This document shows positions 1 to 9,847 of a DNA stretch of 64,000 nt, in pieces. A program made the translations under genes and the position numbers. Numbering within the stretch: the stretch's first letter is position 1; each line of letters opens with the position of its first letter. Below the pieces are notes generated by a model, which was not told where the DNA came from, searched no databases, and worked only from the letters and a program-made list of their open reading frames with translations. The DNA is taken from NCBI GenBank assembly GCA_042218065.1, contig JBDGRL010000005.1, forward strand, positions 338 through 64,337. The letters run 5' to 3'. The stretch comes from Candidatus Magasanikiibacteriota bacterium (lineage in GTDB: Bacteria > Patescibacteriota > Patescibacteriia > Magasanikbacterales > UBA922).

Positions 1-3000
1 GATCAAGGCCCTCTTAGTATAGAATCGCAAGGGGGTAAGTTAAGCTTAAATAATAACTCAAATAAGAATATTATAACTGGTAACGGAAATTTTGGAATAA
101 ATACTACTACTCCTGATGAGGAGCTAACAGTTAAAGGAGATGTCAATTTGGCTGATGGTTCTCTTCAGATAGCTTCTAGCAGTACTTCTGGTGCTGGATT
201 TGTTGGTGTAAATGTAGCTTCTCCTGGGGTTTATGAGTTCGAAGCATTAGGCGATATACGTTTAGGACAAGACTCAATTAAGATCAACTCTACTACAGAT
301 AATGTAGGTATAAACACTACTTCTCCTGATAAGCAATTAGTTATCGATGGAACCACTCAGGCGGATGGTCAGTTAAATGTTAGTGGTACTTCTAAATTTG
401 ACTCTAGTGCTAGTTTTCAAGCTACTAGTACATTCAATGCTCCAACTAGATTTAACAAAGCAAATCTTTTCCGAGGTAAAATAGGTAACCCAGAGAAGTT
501 AAATAATATTTCTGACTCGGATAATAATACAAGTCTTTCCGAGCCTGTGGATATAGATGTATCCGGAGATTATGCCTATGTAGTTGCTTCCAGCAGTCCT
601 GCTTTACAGGTAATAGATATTTCAGATCCAAATAATCCAACCACTACTGACAGTATAGGGTCTGGTATATCAGATTTTTCCAACCCCCAAGAAGTAGTTG
701 TGAGAGATAATTATGCTTACATAGCTGTTCATAATAGCAATAATAAAAATCTTCAAGTTATAGATATTTCTAATCCAAGTAATTTAAAAGAAGCAGGTAG
801 TTTTTTTAATAAAGCTGCTACCGATATAGCAGTAAAAGGTAATTATGCGTTTTTAACAGAACCAGGAGGAACAGTAATAGTAATTGATGTTTCTGACCCG
901 ACTAAAATTGATAGTTCAGGTCCAAGTGATGACCAGGTAACAACTATTAATAATGGTTCTAACCCTAGGGAAATAGAAATATCGGAAAATTATGCATATA
1001 TTGCTTATACTGGCAGTGATGAGCTTGAAATTTCAGATATAAGTGATCCTAAAAACCCTAAATCTATTTCTATTACTGGTGTAACACTTAATAACCCTGT
1101 TGATATAGAAGTATCAGGCAAATATGCTTATATAGCAACTGGACCGGAAAATTTGGAGATTTTAGATATTTCCGATCCTAAAAACCCTGAATCAGTCAAT
1201 ATAAAAAGTCTTGGGGTTGTACCAGAAGATATATATGTGTCAGGAAGGTATATTTACATAGCTGAAGCTGATGGAAACCTCGAGATATATGATGCAGGAA
1301 ATGATCCTTCCAGTCTTACTCAGGTTAGCAGAACCTCTTTCACTTCTCAGAGCAATCAAATTCAGAGCAGTCAAATTTTAAGTGTACATGTTGCAGGTAA
1401 TTACGGTTTTGTTGGTGGTTTTGACCAAAGTACATTCTTTACTATTGACTTGGAGGGAGCTGACATATCAAATGCAGAAATAGGCAACGCTAAGATTTCA
1501 AATCTACAAGTAAAACAGCCGGCTAAATTCAGCGATAGTCTAAATGTAAATGGGGGGCTTTCAATAGGCTCAAATGGTCTTATGATCACAGGAGGTGACT
1601 TTGCCATGGGACATGCAACTTCTAGCTTATCAGTAACTAGTAGTTTACAGTTTAATGATACAGCTGTATTTGAAAGTACGGTTAGTTCTTCCGATGCAAA
1701 TTCTTTTGTATTTGATACTCATCATAACATAGACAAATCTAGCAAAATTTTCTCAATAAGAGATAACGGCTCCGAGATATTTAATATAAATGGTGCTGGT
1801 ACGTCAACCTTTAAAGGGGGTGATGTAGGAGTAGGTACTAGTAAACCTGATGATTTAACTGCTAATCCGGATATACATATAACAGATGGAGCTCTTTGTG
1901 TAGACGATGATAGTTCCTGCCAAGATAGCCTGAATCCAGGTGATATAGCAGCAGTCAATACAACCATACAAAATGCAGATCTAGCTGAGTTGTATGCAAG
2001 TAAACAAAACCTAAAGTCGGGTGAATTAGTAAAATTAGATGATAATTCCTCTGGCAAAGTAAAAAGGACAAGTAAGATTTATGATAAAGGCCTCCTAGGA
2101 GTAGTATCAAGCGACCCTGGAGTCTTACTGGGCAGTTCTGCATCAGGAACATATCCAATAGCCCTTTCTGGTAGGGTCCCGACAAAAGTAAACGACTCCG
2201 GTGGTGATATCCATGTCGGAGACCCGATCACTGCTAGCTCAGCTGACGGGGTGGGCATGAAAGCAGATCATTCTTCTCAGATAGTAGGTTATGCCCTTGA
2301 ATCCTTCACTGGCAGCGGTACTACTACTATCAACGTCTTTATAAGCCCGGAAGAGAAGTATAATGAGGATGAGTTTAAGATAGCTAAGGGTGGTAACATA
2401 GGATTTGGGACTACGACTCCTGAATATAGGCTAGATGTGGAAGGTACAGCTCAAGCTGAGCTGTTCAAATCGAGCTCTTCAAGTGCTATGAGTGATTTAG
2501 CCGGAGGTTTGACGGTCGGACCGAAAGGGTTTGTGCTGGAAGGAGGCTTTACTATGAGCAGCGCCAATCCTTCTATAAGCTCTACTAATAAGCTAAACTT
2601 TGACTCTACCACCTTGTTTGAAAATAGTGTCACTTCCAGTGATGATTACGCTTACATATTCAACACCACTAATCAGCTCGGGATAAGCAGCAGCACTTAC
2701 CTGATGTCGATTCGAAACAACGATCAGCCTCAGCTATCAGTAGCTACCAATGGTGATGTGCATGCAGGCGGCACTCTCTTTGCTGATGGCCTAAATACAA
2801 ATGAAAATGATCCGGGCGATCTGGCTGAAGAGGTGAGCATAAAGCCGGGACAAAGTGTTGAGCCGGGAGAAGTATTGGTAGTGGATTCGGATAATGTAGA
2901 TACTTACAGGGAAAGCAAAAAACCTTACTCTTCTGCTGTAGCAGGAGTTGTATCGACTGACCCATCTATCACTATAGGTGGCACAAAATCTGATAATAAG

Positions 3001-5052
3001 GCAGTGATGGCAATGGTTGGCAGAGTACCGACCAAAGTTACTACAGAAAACGGTGAGATTAATCGAGGGGATCTGCTAGTCTCTGCATCCAAGCCTGGTC
3101 ATGCCATGAAGTATGATCCTTCTGCGGATATAGATAATACCGCTATATCCTCGGTCGGAATAGCGCTTGAGAGTTTCTCGGGCTCAGAATCTGAAACTTC
3201 TACAGGCAAAATAATGACTTTGGTGAAATCTGGTTGGATCTCAAATTATGGTCAAAGTATAACCAACATCAAAAAAGACATTACACAAATTGCTAAAGCA
3301 AAAGGAGTCAATGTAAATAACAAGCCTTCTAAGTTAACTGTCGAAACCTCTGACAGCGGAGATATAGAGTACAAGAAACATGGAAACTTAGACTTGGCTG
3401 GTAATAATATAGTAAATGTTTCCGGTATTAGAGGGGCAAATAATAAGTGGTCTATTGATACAAACGGTAGATTTGTTACCAATGTTAAGACCTCCCAGGG
3501 TGACAAATCTCTATACACCATCCAATCAGATAATGAAGCTTATTACACCTTCTTTGGTACAGATAAGCTGAAAGGAGGAAAAAAAGAGGTTAGATTTGAA
3601 AAGTTCCGCCAAGATATTATAGACGAAAGCTACCCGATTCAAGTTAATGTCACTTTGAAGTCTCCGGCAAATGGGATTTATGTAAGCGAAAGCAGTGAAA
3701 AAGGATTCACGGTGAAAGAAACAGGTGATGGCGAGTCCAGTGCAAAGTTTGACTGGACGGTGATAGCAAAAAGAGAAACTGCCGATAGTGACAAATCAGT
3801 TCAGCCTCATGGAGGGTGTACGAATCCTAGAGCAACAAATTATGATCCTACCGCAACAAAAGATGATGGCAGTTGCAAGATTGCAGGGTGTTTGGATATA
3901 AAAGCTGCCAACTATGACTCGACTGCTACTATTGGAGGGCGCATAGATTGCGTGTATAAAGAGTCGAAAGTAGTAAAAGGCTGTACTGCCAAGAGAGCAA
4001 GTAATTACGACCCTGAAGCAAACCTAAACGATGGAAGCTGTAACTTCAAGACCAAAAGTGAAAAAGAAAGCGAAAAGGACACCCAAGCACCTAGTATCGA
4101 ACTATTGGGCGCAAAAGAAGTGACACTTGAAGTGGGGGATGATTACAATGACCCTGGAGTTGAGTTGGATGATAATCGTGATAACTCACCTAAGCTTACA
4201 ACTAAAGTAAATGGTAAAAAAGTTGATAGCTTAAATATAGATACAACAGAACCAAATACGGCTAAGGTGGTATATAAAGCCGTAGATGATGCGGGCAATG
4301 AAAGTAAGGTAAGCAGGACTATAGAAGTTAAAGAAAAAGAAGAAGATGATGGTAAGGATCCGGAAATAACACTTGAAGGAGAATCGAATATTACACTTAC
4401 TACTGACCAGAAATATGTTGAACCGGGTGCTAAGGCTACTGATAAAGAAGATGGAGATATCACCGACAAGATTAATAAACTTGGTAGTGTAAATGATGAA
4501 GTAGCCGGCGAGTATAGTTTGGTCTATAAAGTAGAAGACAGCGATGGAAATAAGGCGAGTGTATCGCGCGTTGTTACTATAGAAAAGGTTAGCTCTACAG
4601 AGAAGAAAACTAGCCCAGAAAATGATACTAGCACCACAACTAGTTCAAACGAGGAGAATTCTAATAGCAGCTCTGAAACAGAAACTAATACTAACTCTAA
4701 GACAGAAACCAGTACCACTAAAGACACTTCTGAAACTGAACAAAGCACCTCTACAAGCTCAAGTACTACACAGACAAGAGAAGAAAATGATGAGACTTCA
4801 ACTACTTCCACTACCAAAACCACAGAAAAACAGAAAACAGAAGACACTAACCCTAGCACTTCTAGCTCAGAAACTACTGGAGAAAATAAAAATCAAGAAC
4901 AAACTAGTGAAGATGAAAAAGGTTCCAAACAAAAAGAAGAAAGACAAACTACTGAAAGTGATAGTTTAGATGAGAACAAAGATAATCAAGCTACCAGCTC
5001 TACGAAAAAAACAGCAAACTCTACTACCACTACCACCCAAACATCGGGATAA
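1..5052 (+). CDS. Giant secreted/surface repeat protein, 5'-partial. The reading frame is open from window position 1; the ORF track's Met at 148 is internal. Contains N-terminal G(I/V)GTT-P repeats, about 8 LVIVD beta-propeller repeats, a pair of ~100-aa repeats, 3 Cys-motif repeats, 2 DUF5011 Ig-like domains and a C-terminal Ser/Thr-rich mucin-like tail.
   Basis: Frame 1 has no stop from nt 1 to 148, and the upstream peptide NFGINTTTPDEELTVKGDVNL repeats the later DNVGINTTSPDKQLVIDG motif. LVIVD-type repeats are seen, e.g. YAYVVASSSPALQVIDISDPNNP. DUF5011-like units are seen, PSIELLGAKEVTLEVGDDYNDPG...GNESKVSRTIEV and PEITLEGESNITLTTDQKYVEPGAKATDKEDGDIT...GNKASVSRVVTIE. The tail from nt 4600 to 5040 is S/T-rich low complexity. 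Confidence 0.8.
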   Translation, partial: DQGPLSIESQGGKLSLNNNSNKNIITGNGNFGINTTTPDEELTVKGDVNLADGSLQIASSSTSGAGFVGVNVASPGVYEFEALGDIRLGQDSIKINSTTDNVGINTTSPDKQLVIDGTTQADGQLNVSGTSKFDSSASFQATSTFNAPTRFNKANLFRGKIGNPEKLNNISDSDNNTSLSEPVDIDVSGDYAYVVASSSPALQVIDISDPNNPTTTDSIGSGISDFSNPQEVVVRDNYAYIAVHNSNNKNLQVIDISNPSNLKEAGSFFNKAATDIAVKGNYAFLTEPGGTVIVIDVSDPTKIDSSGPSDDQVTTINNGSNPREIEISENYAYIAYTGSDELEISDISDPKNPKSISITGVTLNNPVDIEVSGKYAYIATGPENLEILDISDPKNPESVNIKSLGVVPEDIYVSGRYIYIAEADGNLEIYDAGNDPSSLTQVSRTSFTSQSNQIQSSQILSVHVAGNYGFVGGFDQSTFFTIDLEGADISNAEIGNAKISNLQVKQPAKFSDSLNVNGGLSIGSNGLMITGGDFAMGHATSSLSVTSSLQFNDTAVFESTVSSSDANSFVFDTHHNIDKSSKIFSIRDNGSEIFNINGAGTSTFKGGDVGVGTSKPDDLTANPDIHITDGALCVDDDSSCQDSLNPGDIAAVNTTIQNADLAELYASKQNLKSGELVKLDDNSSGKVKRTSKIYDKGLLGVVSSDPGVLLGSSASGTYPIALSGRVPTKVNDSGGDIHVGDPITASSADGVGMKADHSSQIVGYALESFTGSGTTTINVFISPEEKYNEDEFKIAKGGNIGFGTTTPEYRLDVEGTAQAELFKSSSSSAMSDLAGGLTVGPKGFVLEGGFTMSSANPSISSTNKLNFDSTTLFENSVTSSDDYAYIFNTTNQLGISSSTYLMSIRNNDQPQLSVATNGDVHAGGTLFADGLNTNENDPGDLAEEVSIKPGQSVEPGEVLVVDSDNVDTYRESKKPYSSAVAGVVSTDPSITIGGTKSDNKAVMAMVGRVPTKVTTENGEINRGDLLVSASKPGHAMKYDPSADIDNTAISSVGIALESFSGSESETSTGKIMTLVKSGWISNYGQSITNIKKDITQIAKAKGVNVNNKPSKLTVETSDSGDIEYKKHGNLDLAGNNIVNVSGIRGANNKWSIDTNGRFVTNVKTSQGDKSLYTIQSDNEAYYTFFGTDKLKGGKKEVRFEKFRQDIIDESYPIQVNVTLKSPANGIYVSESSEKGFTVKETGDGESSAKFDWTVIAKRETADSDKSVQPHGGCTNPRATNYDPTATKDDGSCKIAGCLDIKAANYDSTATIGGRIDCVYKESKVVKGCTAKRASNYDPEANLNDGSCNFKTKSEKESEKDTQAPSIELLGAKEVTLEVGDDYNDPGVELDDNRDNSPKLTTKVNGKKVDSLNIDTTEPNTAKVVYKAVDDAGNESKVSRTIEVKEKEEDDGKDPEITLEGESNITLTTDQKYVEPGAKATDKEDGDITDKINKLGSVNDEVAGEYSLVYKVEDSDGNKASVSRVVTIEKVSSTEKKTSPENDTSTTTSSNEENSNSSSETETNTNSKTETSTTKDTSETEQSTSTSSSTTQTREENDETSTTSTTKTTEKQKTEDTNPSTSSSETTGENKNQEQTSEDEKGSKQKEERQTTESDSLDENKDNQATSSTKKTANSTTTTTQTSG

Positions 5053-5081
5053 AACTTACGAAAAGTTAAGGGTGTGGTAGC

Positions 5082-5110
5082 TTGACATTAACCTCATTAT
5101 TAGCTAGATT
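5082..5110 (+). promoter_or_regulatory. Putative sigma70-type promoter upstream of glyQS (TTGACA, 17-nt spacer, TAGATT).
   Basis: TTGACA at 5082-5087 and TAGATT at 5105-5110 are spaced 17 nt apart, about 30 nt upstream of the ATG at 5139. Confidence 0.3.
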
Positions 5111-5138
5111 TAAAACCTAATTAATAATTAAAATAGAT

Positions 5139-6500
5139 ATGGCTGATTTAATGCAAAAAATAAAATCCTTATGCAAAAGACGCGGCTTTATCTTTCAAGG
5201 CTCCGATATTTATGGAGGTTTAGCCAATACCTGGGATTATGGTCCGATGGGGTCGCAGCTGAAAAAAAATATTAAAAACCACTGGTGGAAAAAAGCAGTA
5301 GAGAGCAGGTCCGATATTGAAGGCCTGGATGGGTCCATTTTGATGAGCCCCAGAGTTTGGGAGGCTTCGGGTCATGCTAGTGGGTTTGTAGATCCGCTTG
5401 TTGAGGATGTCGAGACTCATGAACGATATAGAGCCGATCACTTGATAGAGGAAGAGCTGGACATTCAAGCAGAAGGCATGGACATGGAAGAAATGCAGGA
5501 AGCAATAGAAGAAAATGATATTAAAAGCCCGGAAGGAAATGAGCTGACTAAGCCCAAGAGGTTTAATTTGATGTTTGAAACCAATATAGGTCCTACTGAT
5601 GCTGGTAAAAATACTTTTCTCCGGCCTGAGACAGCCCAAGCTATATTCGTTAATTTTAAGAAAGTTTTGGATACAACCCGACAAAAACTACCTTTTGGTA
5701 TAGCTCAGATCGGTAAAGCTTTCCGAAATGAAATTACACCAGGTAACTATATATTTCGAACTTTGGAGTTCGAACAGATGGAGATAGAGTACTTTATAGA
5801 AGAGGAGCAGTGGGAGGAGGTCTTTGATCAATGGAATAGTTGGCTTGAGGAGTGGGCAAAAGAAATAGGGTTGGATATGTCTAGGTTGCATAGATATGAC
5901 AAACCTGATTCTGAGCTTAGTCATTATGCTAAAAAGACTATAGATTTTGAGTTTGAATACCCGTTTGGAATTAATGAACTCTGGGGGTTGGCATATAGGA
6001 CTGATTTTGATTTGAAAAGCCACCAGGAGCATTCTGGAGAGAAACTAGTCTATACTGATCCTCAAGATCAATCAAATAAGATAATTCCTCATGTGATAGA
6101 ACCATCTCTTGGTGTCGACCGAACTCTATTAGCTCTCCTTGTGAGTGCTTACGAAGAAGAGGAGGTAGATGGGAATGAAAGAACTGTGATGAGGTTTAAA
6201 CCAGAAATTGCCCCAAATCAAGTAGCTGTATTCCCTCTTATGGACAAGGATGGCCTTGGAGAACACGCTCAAGAGATTTATGAAGATATAAGAACTGAAT
6301 ATAGAGTGGAATATGATGACTCTGGCAGTATAGGAAAAAGATATAGAAGACAAGACGAGATCGGAACCCCTTATTGTATTACGGTTGACTATGATTCATT
6401 AGAGGGTGAGGGGGTTACTGTAAGAGATCGAGATACTATGGAGCAAGATAGAGTTCAAGAAGATGAGTTAGTTGATTACTTTGATGAGAAGATAAGCTAG
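5139..6500 (+). CDS. glyQS: Glycine--tRNA ligase, dimeric class II glyQS type.
   Basis: N-terminus MADLMQKIKSLCKRRGFIFQGSDIYGGLANTWDYGPMG together with the 453-aa length is typical of alpha2 GlyRS. Class II motifs FRNE and GIAQIG are present. Confidence 0.9.
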   Translation: MADLMQKIKSLCKRRGFIFQGSDIYGGLANTWDYGPMGSQLKKNIKNHWWKKAVESRSDIEGLDGSILMSPRVWEASGHASGFVDPLVEDVETHERYRADHLIEEELDIQAEGMDMEEMQEAIEENDIKSPEGNELTKPKRFNLMFETNIGPTDAGKNTFLRPETAQAIFVNFKKVLDTTRQKLPFGIAQIGKAFRNEITPGNYIFRTLEFEQMEIEYFIEEEQWEEVFDQWNSWLEEWAKEIGLDMSRLHRYDKPDSELSHYAKKTIDFEFEYPFGINELWGLAYRTDFDLKSHQEHSGEKLVYTDPQDQSNKIIPHVIEPSLGVDRTLLALLVSAYEEEEVDGNERTVMRFKPEIAPNQVAVFPLMDKDGLGEHAQEIYEDIRTEYRVEYDDSGSIGKRYRRQDEIGTPYCITVDYDSLEGEGVTVRDRDTMEQDRVQEDELVDYFDEKIS

Positions 6501-6539
6501 ACGGCTGAATCTATAACTTAGTTATTTTACTGGACAACA

Positions 6540-7805
6540 ATGACTAAAACACAGACTTTAAGCAATAAGACTCGGATTACAATCGCTAATCAAGAGGGCA
6601 CAGATGCAGCAACAATTCTAGTGATGCTACCGGTAGGATCAAGAAATGAGCCTGAGGATTTGTATGGAGTATCTCATTTTATTGAGCATATGATTTTTAA
6701 AGGCACAGAAAAACGTCCTACTAGCTTGGATATTAGCAGAGAGATAGATAGACTAGGGGCGGATTATAATGCTTTTACCTCAAAGGAATATACCGGGTTT
6801 TATATCAAAGTAGCATCGAATCATATTAATCAAGCAGTAGAAATCTTGTCTGATGTAGTGTATAACTCAGTCTTTGATCCTGAGGAAATGAAAAAAGAAA
6901 AATCAGTGATCACTGAGGAAATTAATATGTATGAAGACAATCCTGCAATGAATATCAGAAACTTGTTTGGTAAAGTTATGTACAAAGACTCTCCGCTAGA
7001 GCACGATATCTATGGCACTAGAGAGAGTGTGTTAAATCTGAATAGAGAAGATGTAGTTGCTTATCGAGACAAGTATTATCGCCCTGAAGTGATTCAGATC
7101 ATCGGGTCCGGTTCTGTAGGAGGAACTCAAGAAATAATTGGAGATCATTTTGGAGCTGAAAAAAGCACAAAAGAAGCAGATCTAGAAACAGAACCCGCCA
7201 GCTTTGGTCCGTTACAAACACAAGAAAGGTATGAAGTACAAAAAGAAGAGACAGACCAATTCCAGCTAATGCTGGGGTTTCCTGGACGTAAGTTAGGCCA
7301 CTCTGACCTTCCAGCTTTAAAGGTGTTAAATAATGTGTTGGGTGCTAACATGAGCTCTCGGCTATTTGTAAACATTAGAGAGAAGCTAGGATTGGCTTAT
7401 TCAATTCGTAGTGGGCTTGCAAGCTATTCTGATATTGGTCACCTTTATATTAAATCCGGCTTAGATTCAAAAAATATAGACAAAGCTTTATCTGAGATTA
7501 AAAAGACGCTCAAGGATATAAAAGAATATGGGCTGGAACAAGATGAGTTTGAGGATGCTAAAACTAATATAAAGGGAAGCATGAAGTTAAAAATGGAAGA
7601 TTCTAAGGCTAGAGCGATGTGGATTGGTCGTAGAATGGTTATATTAAATGAGACTTACACTCCGGATCAGTTTATAGACCAGATAAAATCAGTATCAAAA
7701 TCAGAAGTTGAAGAGGTGGCTCAAGAGATTTTTGATTTTGATAAGATGCGCTTAGCTGGTATTGGTGATGTTGAGGATAATATAATCAGAAAACATTTAG
7801 AGTAA
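6540..7805 (+). CDS. M16 family zinc peptidase (insulinase/pitrilysin-like).
   Basis: Inverted zinc-binding motif HFIEHMIFKGT (HxxEH); 421 aa. Confidence 0.8.
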   Translation: MTKTQTLSNKTRITIANQEGTDAATILVMLPVGSRNEPEDLYGVSHFIEHMIFKGTEKRPTSLDISREIDRLGADYNAFTSKEYTGFYIKVASNHINQAVEILSDVVYNSVFDPEEMKKEKSVITEEINMYEDNPAMNIRNLFGKVMYKDSPLEHDIYGTRESVLNLNREDVVAYRDKYYRPEVIQIIGSGSVGGTQEIIGDHFGAEKSTKEADLETEPASFGPLQTQERYEVQKEETDQFQLMLGFPGRKLGHSDLPALKVLNNVLGANMSSRLFVNIREKLGLAYSIRSGLASYSDIGHLYIKSGLDSKNIDKALSEIKKTLKDIKEYGLEQDEFEDAKTNIKGSMKLKMEDSKARAMWIGRRMVILNETYTPDQFIDQIKSVSKSEVEEVAQEIFDFDKMRLAGIGDVEDNIIRKHLE

Positions 7806-7830
7806 ATTTATAAATTATTAATTAAAAAAT

Positions 7831-8583
7831 ATGCACATTTTTGCTAACTGGAAAATGTATCTTGACCTAGAGGAGTCGAGACAGGTCACGCAAGAAATTT
7901 CTCAAACTCAGCTTAGAAAAGAAGTTAATACGGTTATTTTTCCTAATTCTATTTCGTTTTGTGAAGTAAAAGACATTCTAAAGGATACCGATTTTCAACT
8001 GGGAGCTCAAAATGTGTCCTGGTCACCAAAAGGTGCTTATACAGGAGCTATTTCAGCACATATTTTTGCTCAAGCAGGCACTGATTACGCCCTGGTTGGC
8101 CACTCTGAAAGAAGACATATTTTTGGGGAGTCTAATGAAGCTACTATGAAAAAAGTTAAATCTTGTTTGCAAGAAGATATCACCCCAGTGCTTTGTGTAG
8201 GTGAGACTAAAGAAGATCTGGAAAATGGTGATAAAGAGCTGGTACTAGGAGAACAGCTGTCAGTAGTATTTGAGAATGTAGATTTGAGCGCCGAGGATAT
8301 TATTGTCGGATATGAGCCAGTTTGGGCTATTGCTGGAAGCGGTGAAGGGGAAAGTTGTTCCCCTGTTCAGGCAGAAGAAACTCACCACTGGATAAAAGAT
8401 AGACTTCAAAATTATGTGGAAGATGAGGTTGAGGTAGTTTATGGAGGTAGTGTTGAGAGTGATAATGTGCTATCATACATTTCGTCATCAAATATTGATG
8501 GTATTTTGGCAGGACATGCTTCTGCGAATCCACAGGAATTTCAATCCTTAATTTCAAAGGTTGAGTCCACATATGACCAGTAG
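7831..8583 (+). CDS. tpiA: Triose-phosphate isomerase.
   Basis: ANWKMY near the N-terminus, GHSERR active-site region, and C-terminal YGGSV. Confidence 0.9.
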   Translation: MHIFANWKMYLDLEESRQVTQEISQTQLRKEVNTVIFPNSISFCEVKDILKDTDFQLGAQNVSWSPKGAYTGAISAHIFAQAGTDYALVGHSERRHIFGESNEATMKKVKSCLQEDITPVLCVGETKEDLENGDKELVLGEQLSVVFENVDLSAEDIIVGYEPVWAIAGSGEGESCSPVQAEETHHWIKDRLQNYVEDEVEVVYGGSVESDNVLSYISSSNIDGILAGHASANPQEFQSLISKVESTYDQ

Positions 8584-9493
8584 TATTATACCATTTTTAA
8601 TCATAATACTTGCACTAGGAATTATTTTATTTTTAGTGATTCGTAACTATTCTAGCATAGTGTTGTTGGACATTGATTCTATTCCTGGAAAAGAAGACCA
8701 AAAGAAAAAGGTGGAATACCTAAAGAAAAGGGTACAAAAGAAAGCTGAGGAGGTTAAAACAGATAGGTTAGAAAAATTAAGCCCGGTTGTGGAGTTCTTT
8801 GAGTCAACAAAATCGAAATTTAAGGACTATATCCACGACATTAGAGAAAAAGCAAAACAACTACAAGAGCAGCAAAAACAACAAAAATTAGAACAGGGAG
8901 CGAAACAAAAGGATAAAGAGGATTTACTGGACAGTTTGCTGAAAGATGGTGAGCATGCTTTGAAAGAAGGAGAACTTGATGTTGCTGAAGAGAAATTTTT
9001 GGAAGCAATTAGGTTAGATTCAAAGAATTTTCGTGCTTACAGAAATTTAGGTGAGGTTTATTTTAAGAAGGAGGAGTTTGAACAAGCACAAGAAACATAT
9101 GAGTTTTTAACTGAGTTAAAACCAAACGATGATTCCATTTTAGTTAAATTAGGCGAGACTTATGAGAAATTGGACGAGATAGAAAAAGCAGTTGATTGCT
9201 ACCAACAAGCAGTTCTTATAAATGAAAATAACTCTTCTAGATTCGTTAAGTTGACGAATTTACTAGAATCTATAGATGAGTACGAGGCAGCACTTGAGTC
9301 TATTGAACAAGCAGTTGCTTTGGAGCCAAAAAACCCTAGATACCTTGACAGATTAGTTGAGCTTGCTATAATTACTGATGATCTACAGCTGGCTGAGGAT
9401 GCTTTTGAGCAGTTAAGAATGGTTAATCCGGACAATGAAAAGTTAGATGTTCTACGTGATAAGATAGAGAAGGCAAGGGAGGTAGGATCTTAA
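8561..9493 (+). CDS. Membrane-anchored TPR-repeat protein. The start may be at the second Met at 8573.
   Basis: N-terminal hydrophobic helix IIPFLIIILALGIILFLVI, a charged linker, then several TPR-like repeats (AYRNLGEVYFKKEEFEQAQETYEF...). Overlaps the tpiA stop. Confidence 0.6.
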   Translation: MSPHMTSSIIPFLIIILALGIILFLVIRNYSSIVLLDIDSIPGKEDQKKKVEYLKKRVQKKAEEVKTDRLEKLSPVVEFFESTKSKFKDYIHDIREKAKQLQEQQKQQKLEQGAKQKDKEDLLDSLLKDGEHALKEGELDVAEEKFLEAIRLDSKNFRAYRNLGEVYFKKEEFEQAQETYEFLTELKPNDDSILVKLGETYEKLDEIEKAVDCYQQAVLINENNSSRFVKLTNLLESIDEYEAALESIEQAVALEPKNPRYLDRLVELAIITDDLQLAEDAFEQLRMVNPDNEKLDVLRDKIEKAREVGS

Positions 9494-9499
9494 AATAAT

Positions 9500-9573
9500 G
9501 CCACCCTAGCTCAGCGGCAGAGCAACTGCTTTGTAAGCAGTCGGTCAGGAGTTCGAATCTCCTGGGTGGCTCT
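9500..9573 (+). tRNA. tRNA-Thr (anticodon TGT).
   Basis: Cloverleaf folds: acceptor GCCACCC/GGGTGGC, D-stem GCTC/GAGC, anticodon stem ACTGC/GCAGT with loop TTTGTAA, T-arm AGGAG-TTCGAAT-CTCCT. Confidence 0.85.
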
Positions 9574-9608
9574 ATGAGTTGTTTATTTATTGTGTATCAC
9601 TGATTTGC

Positions 9609-9694
9609 GGGTCGGTAGCAAAGTCTGGCCAAATGCAGCAGACTGTAAATCTGCCGGCATTACGCCTTCGGGGGTTCAAATCCCTCCCGGCCCA
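9609..9694 (+). tRNA. tRNA-Tyr (anticodon GTA) with a long variable arm.
   Basis: Acceptor GGGTCGG/CCGGCCC with discriminator A, anticodon stem GCAGA/TCTGC with loop CTGTAAA, variable arm CGGCATTACGCCTTC, T-arm GGGGG-TTCAAAT-CCCTC. Confidence 0.8.
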
Positions 9695-9847
9695 CAAATT
9701 TATTAATAATTTTTAGGCGGAGCGAGTGAATAGTTTCACTCGCGTGAGGATTTGAAGCTCGGAGCTTTGCGCGAGTTTGCCGAGGGCAAGGCGAGCGCAG
9801 CGAGAGCAGGTCTGAAGCCGAAGCTCGTCAGAGCTGAGAGCGGAAGA

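Noticed and set aside
452-4969. Many 60-115-aa ORFs on either strand inside the giant protein gene (e.g. 452-640 -, 4143-4469 -, 4524-4859 -, 4622-4969 +).
   Set aside because: They lie antisense or out of frame within a long, clearly coding repeat gene. Several are simply translations of the Ser/Thr-rich low-complexity tail. No independent signals support them.
9697-9847. GC-rich segment after tRNA-Tyr as tmRNA, RNase P RNA or SRP RNA.
   Set aside because: None of the hallmark motifs (tmRNA tRNA-like 5' end pairing partner, RNase P GGAAAGUCCGG, SRP AGGUCCGGAAGGAAGCAGC) is present. The second acceptor-strand copy has no 5' pairing partner of its own.
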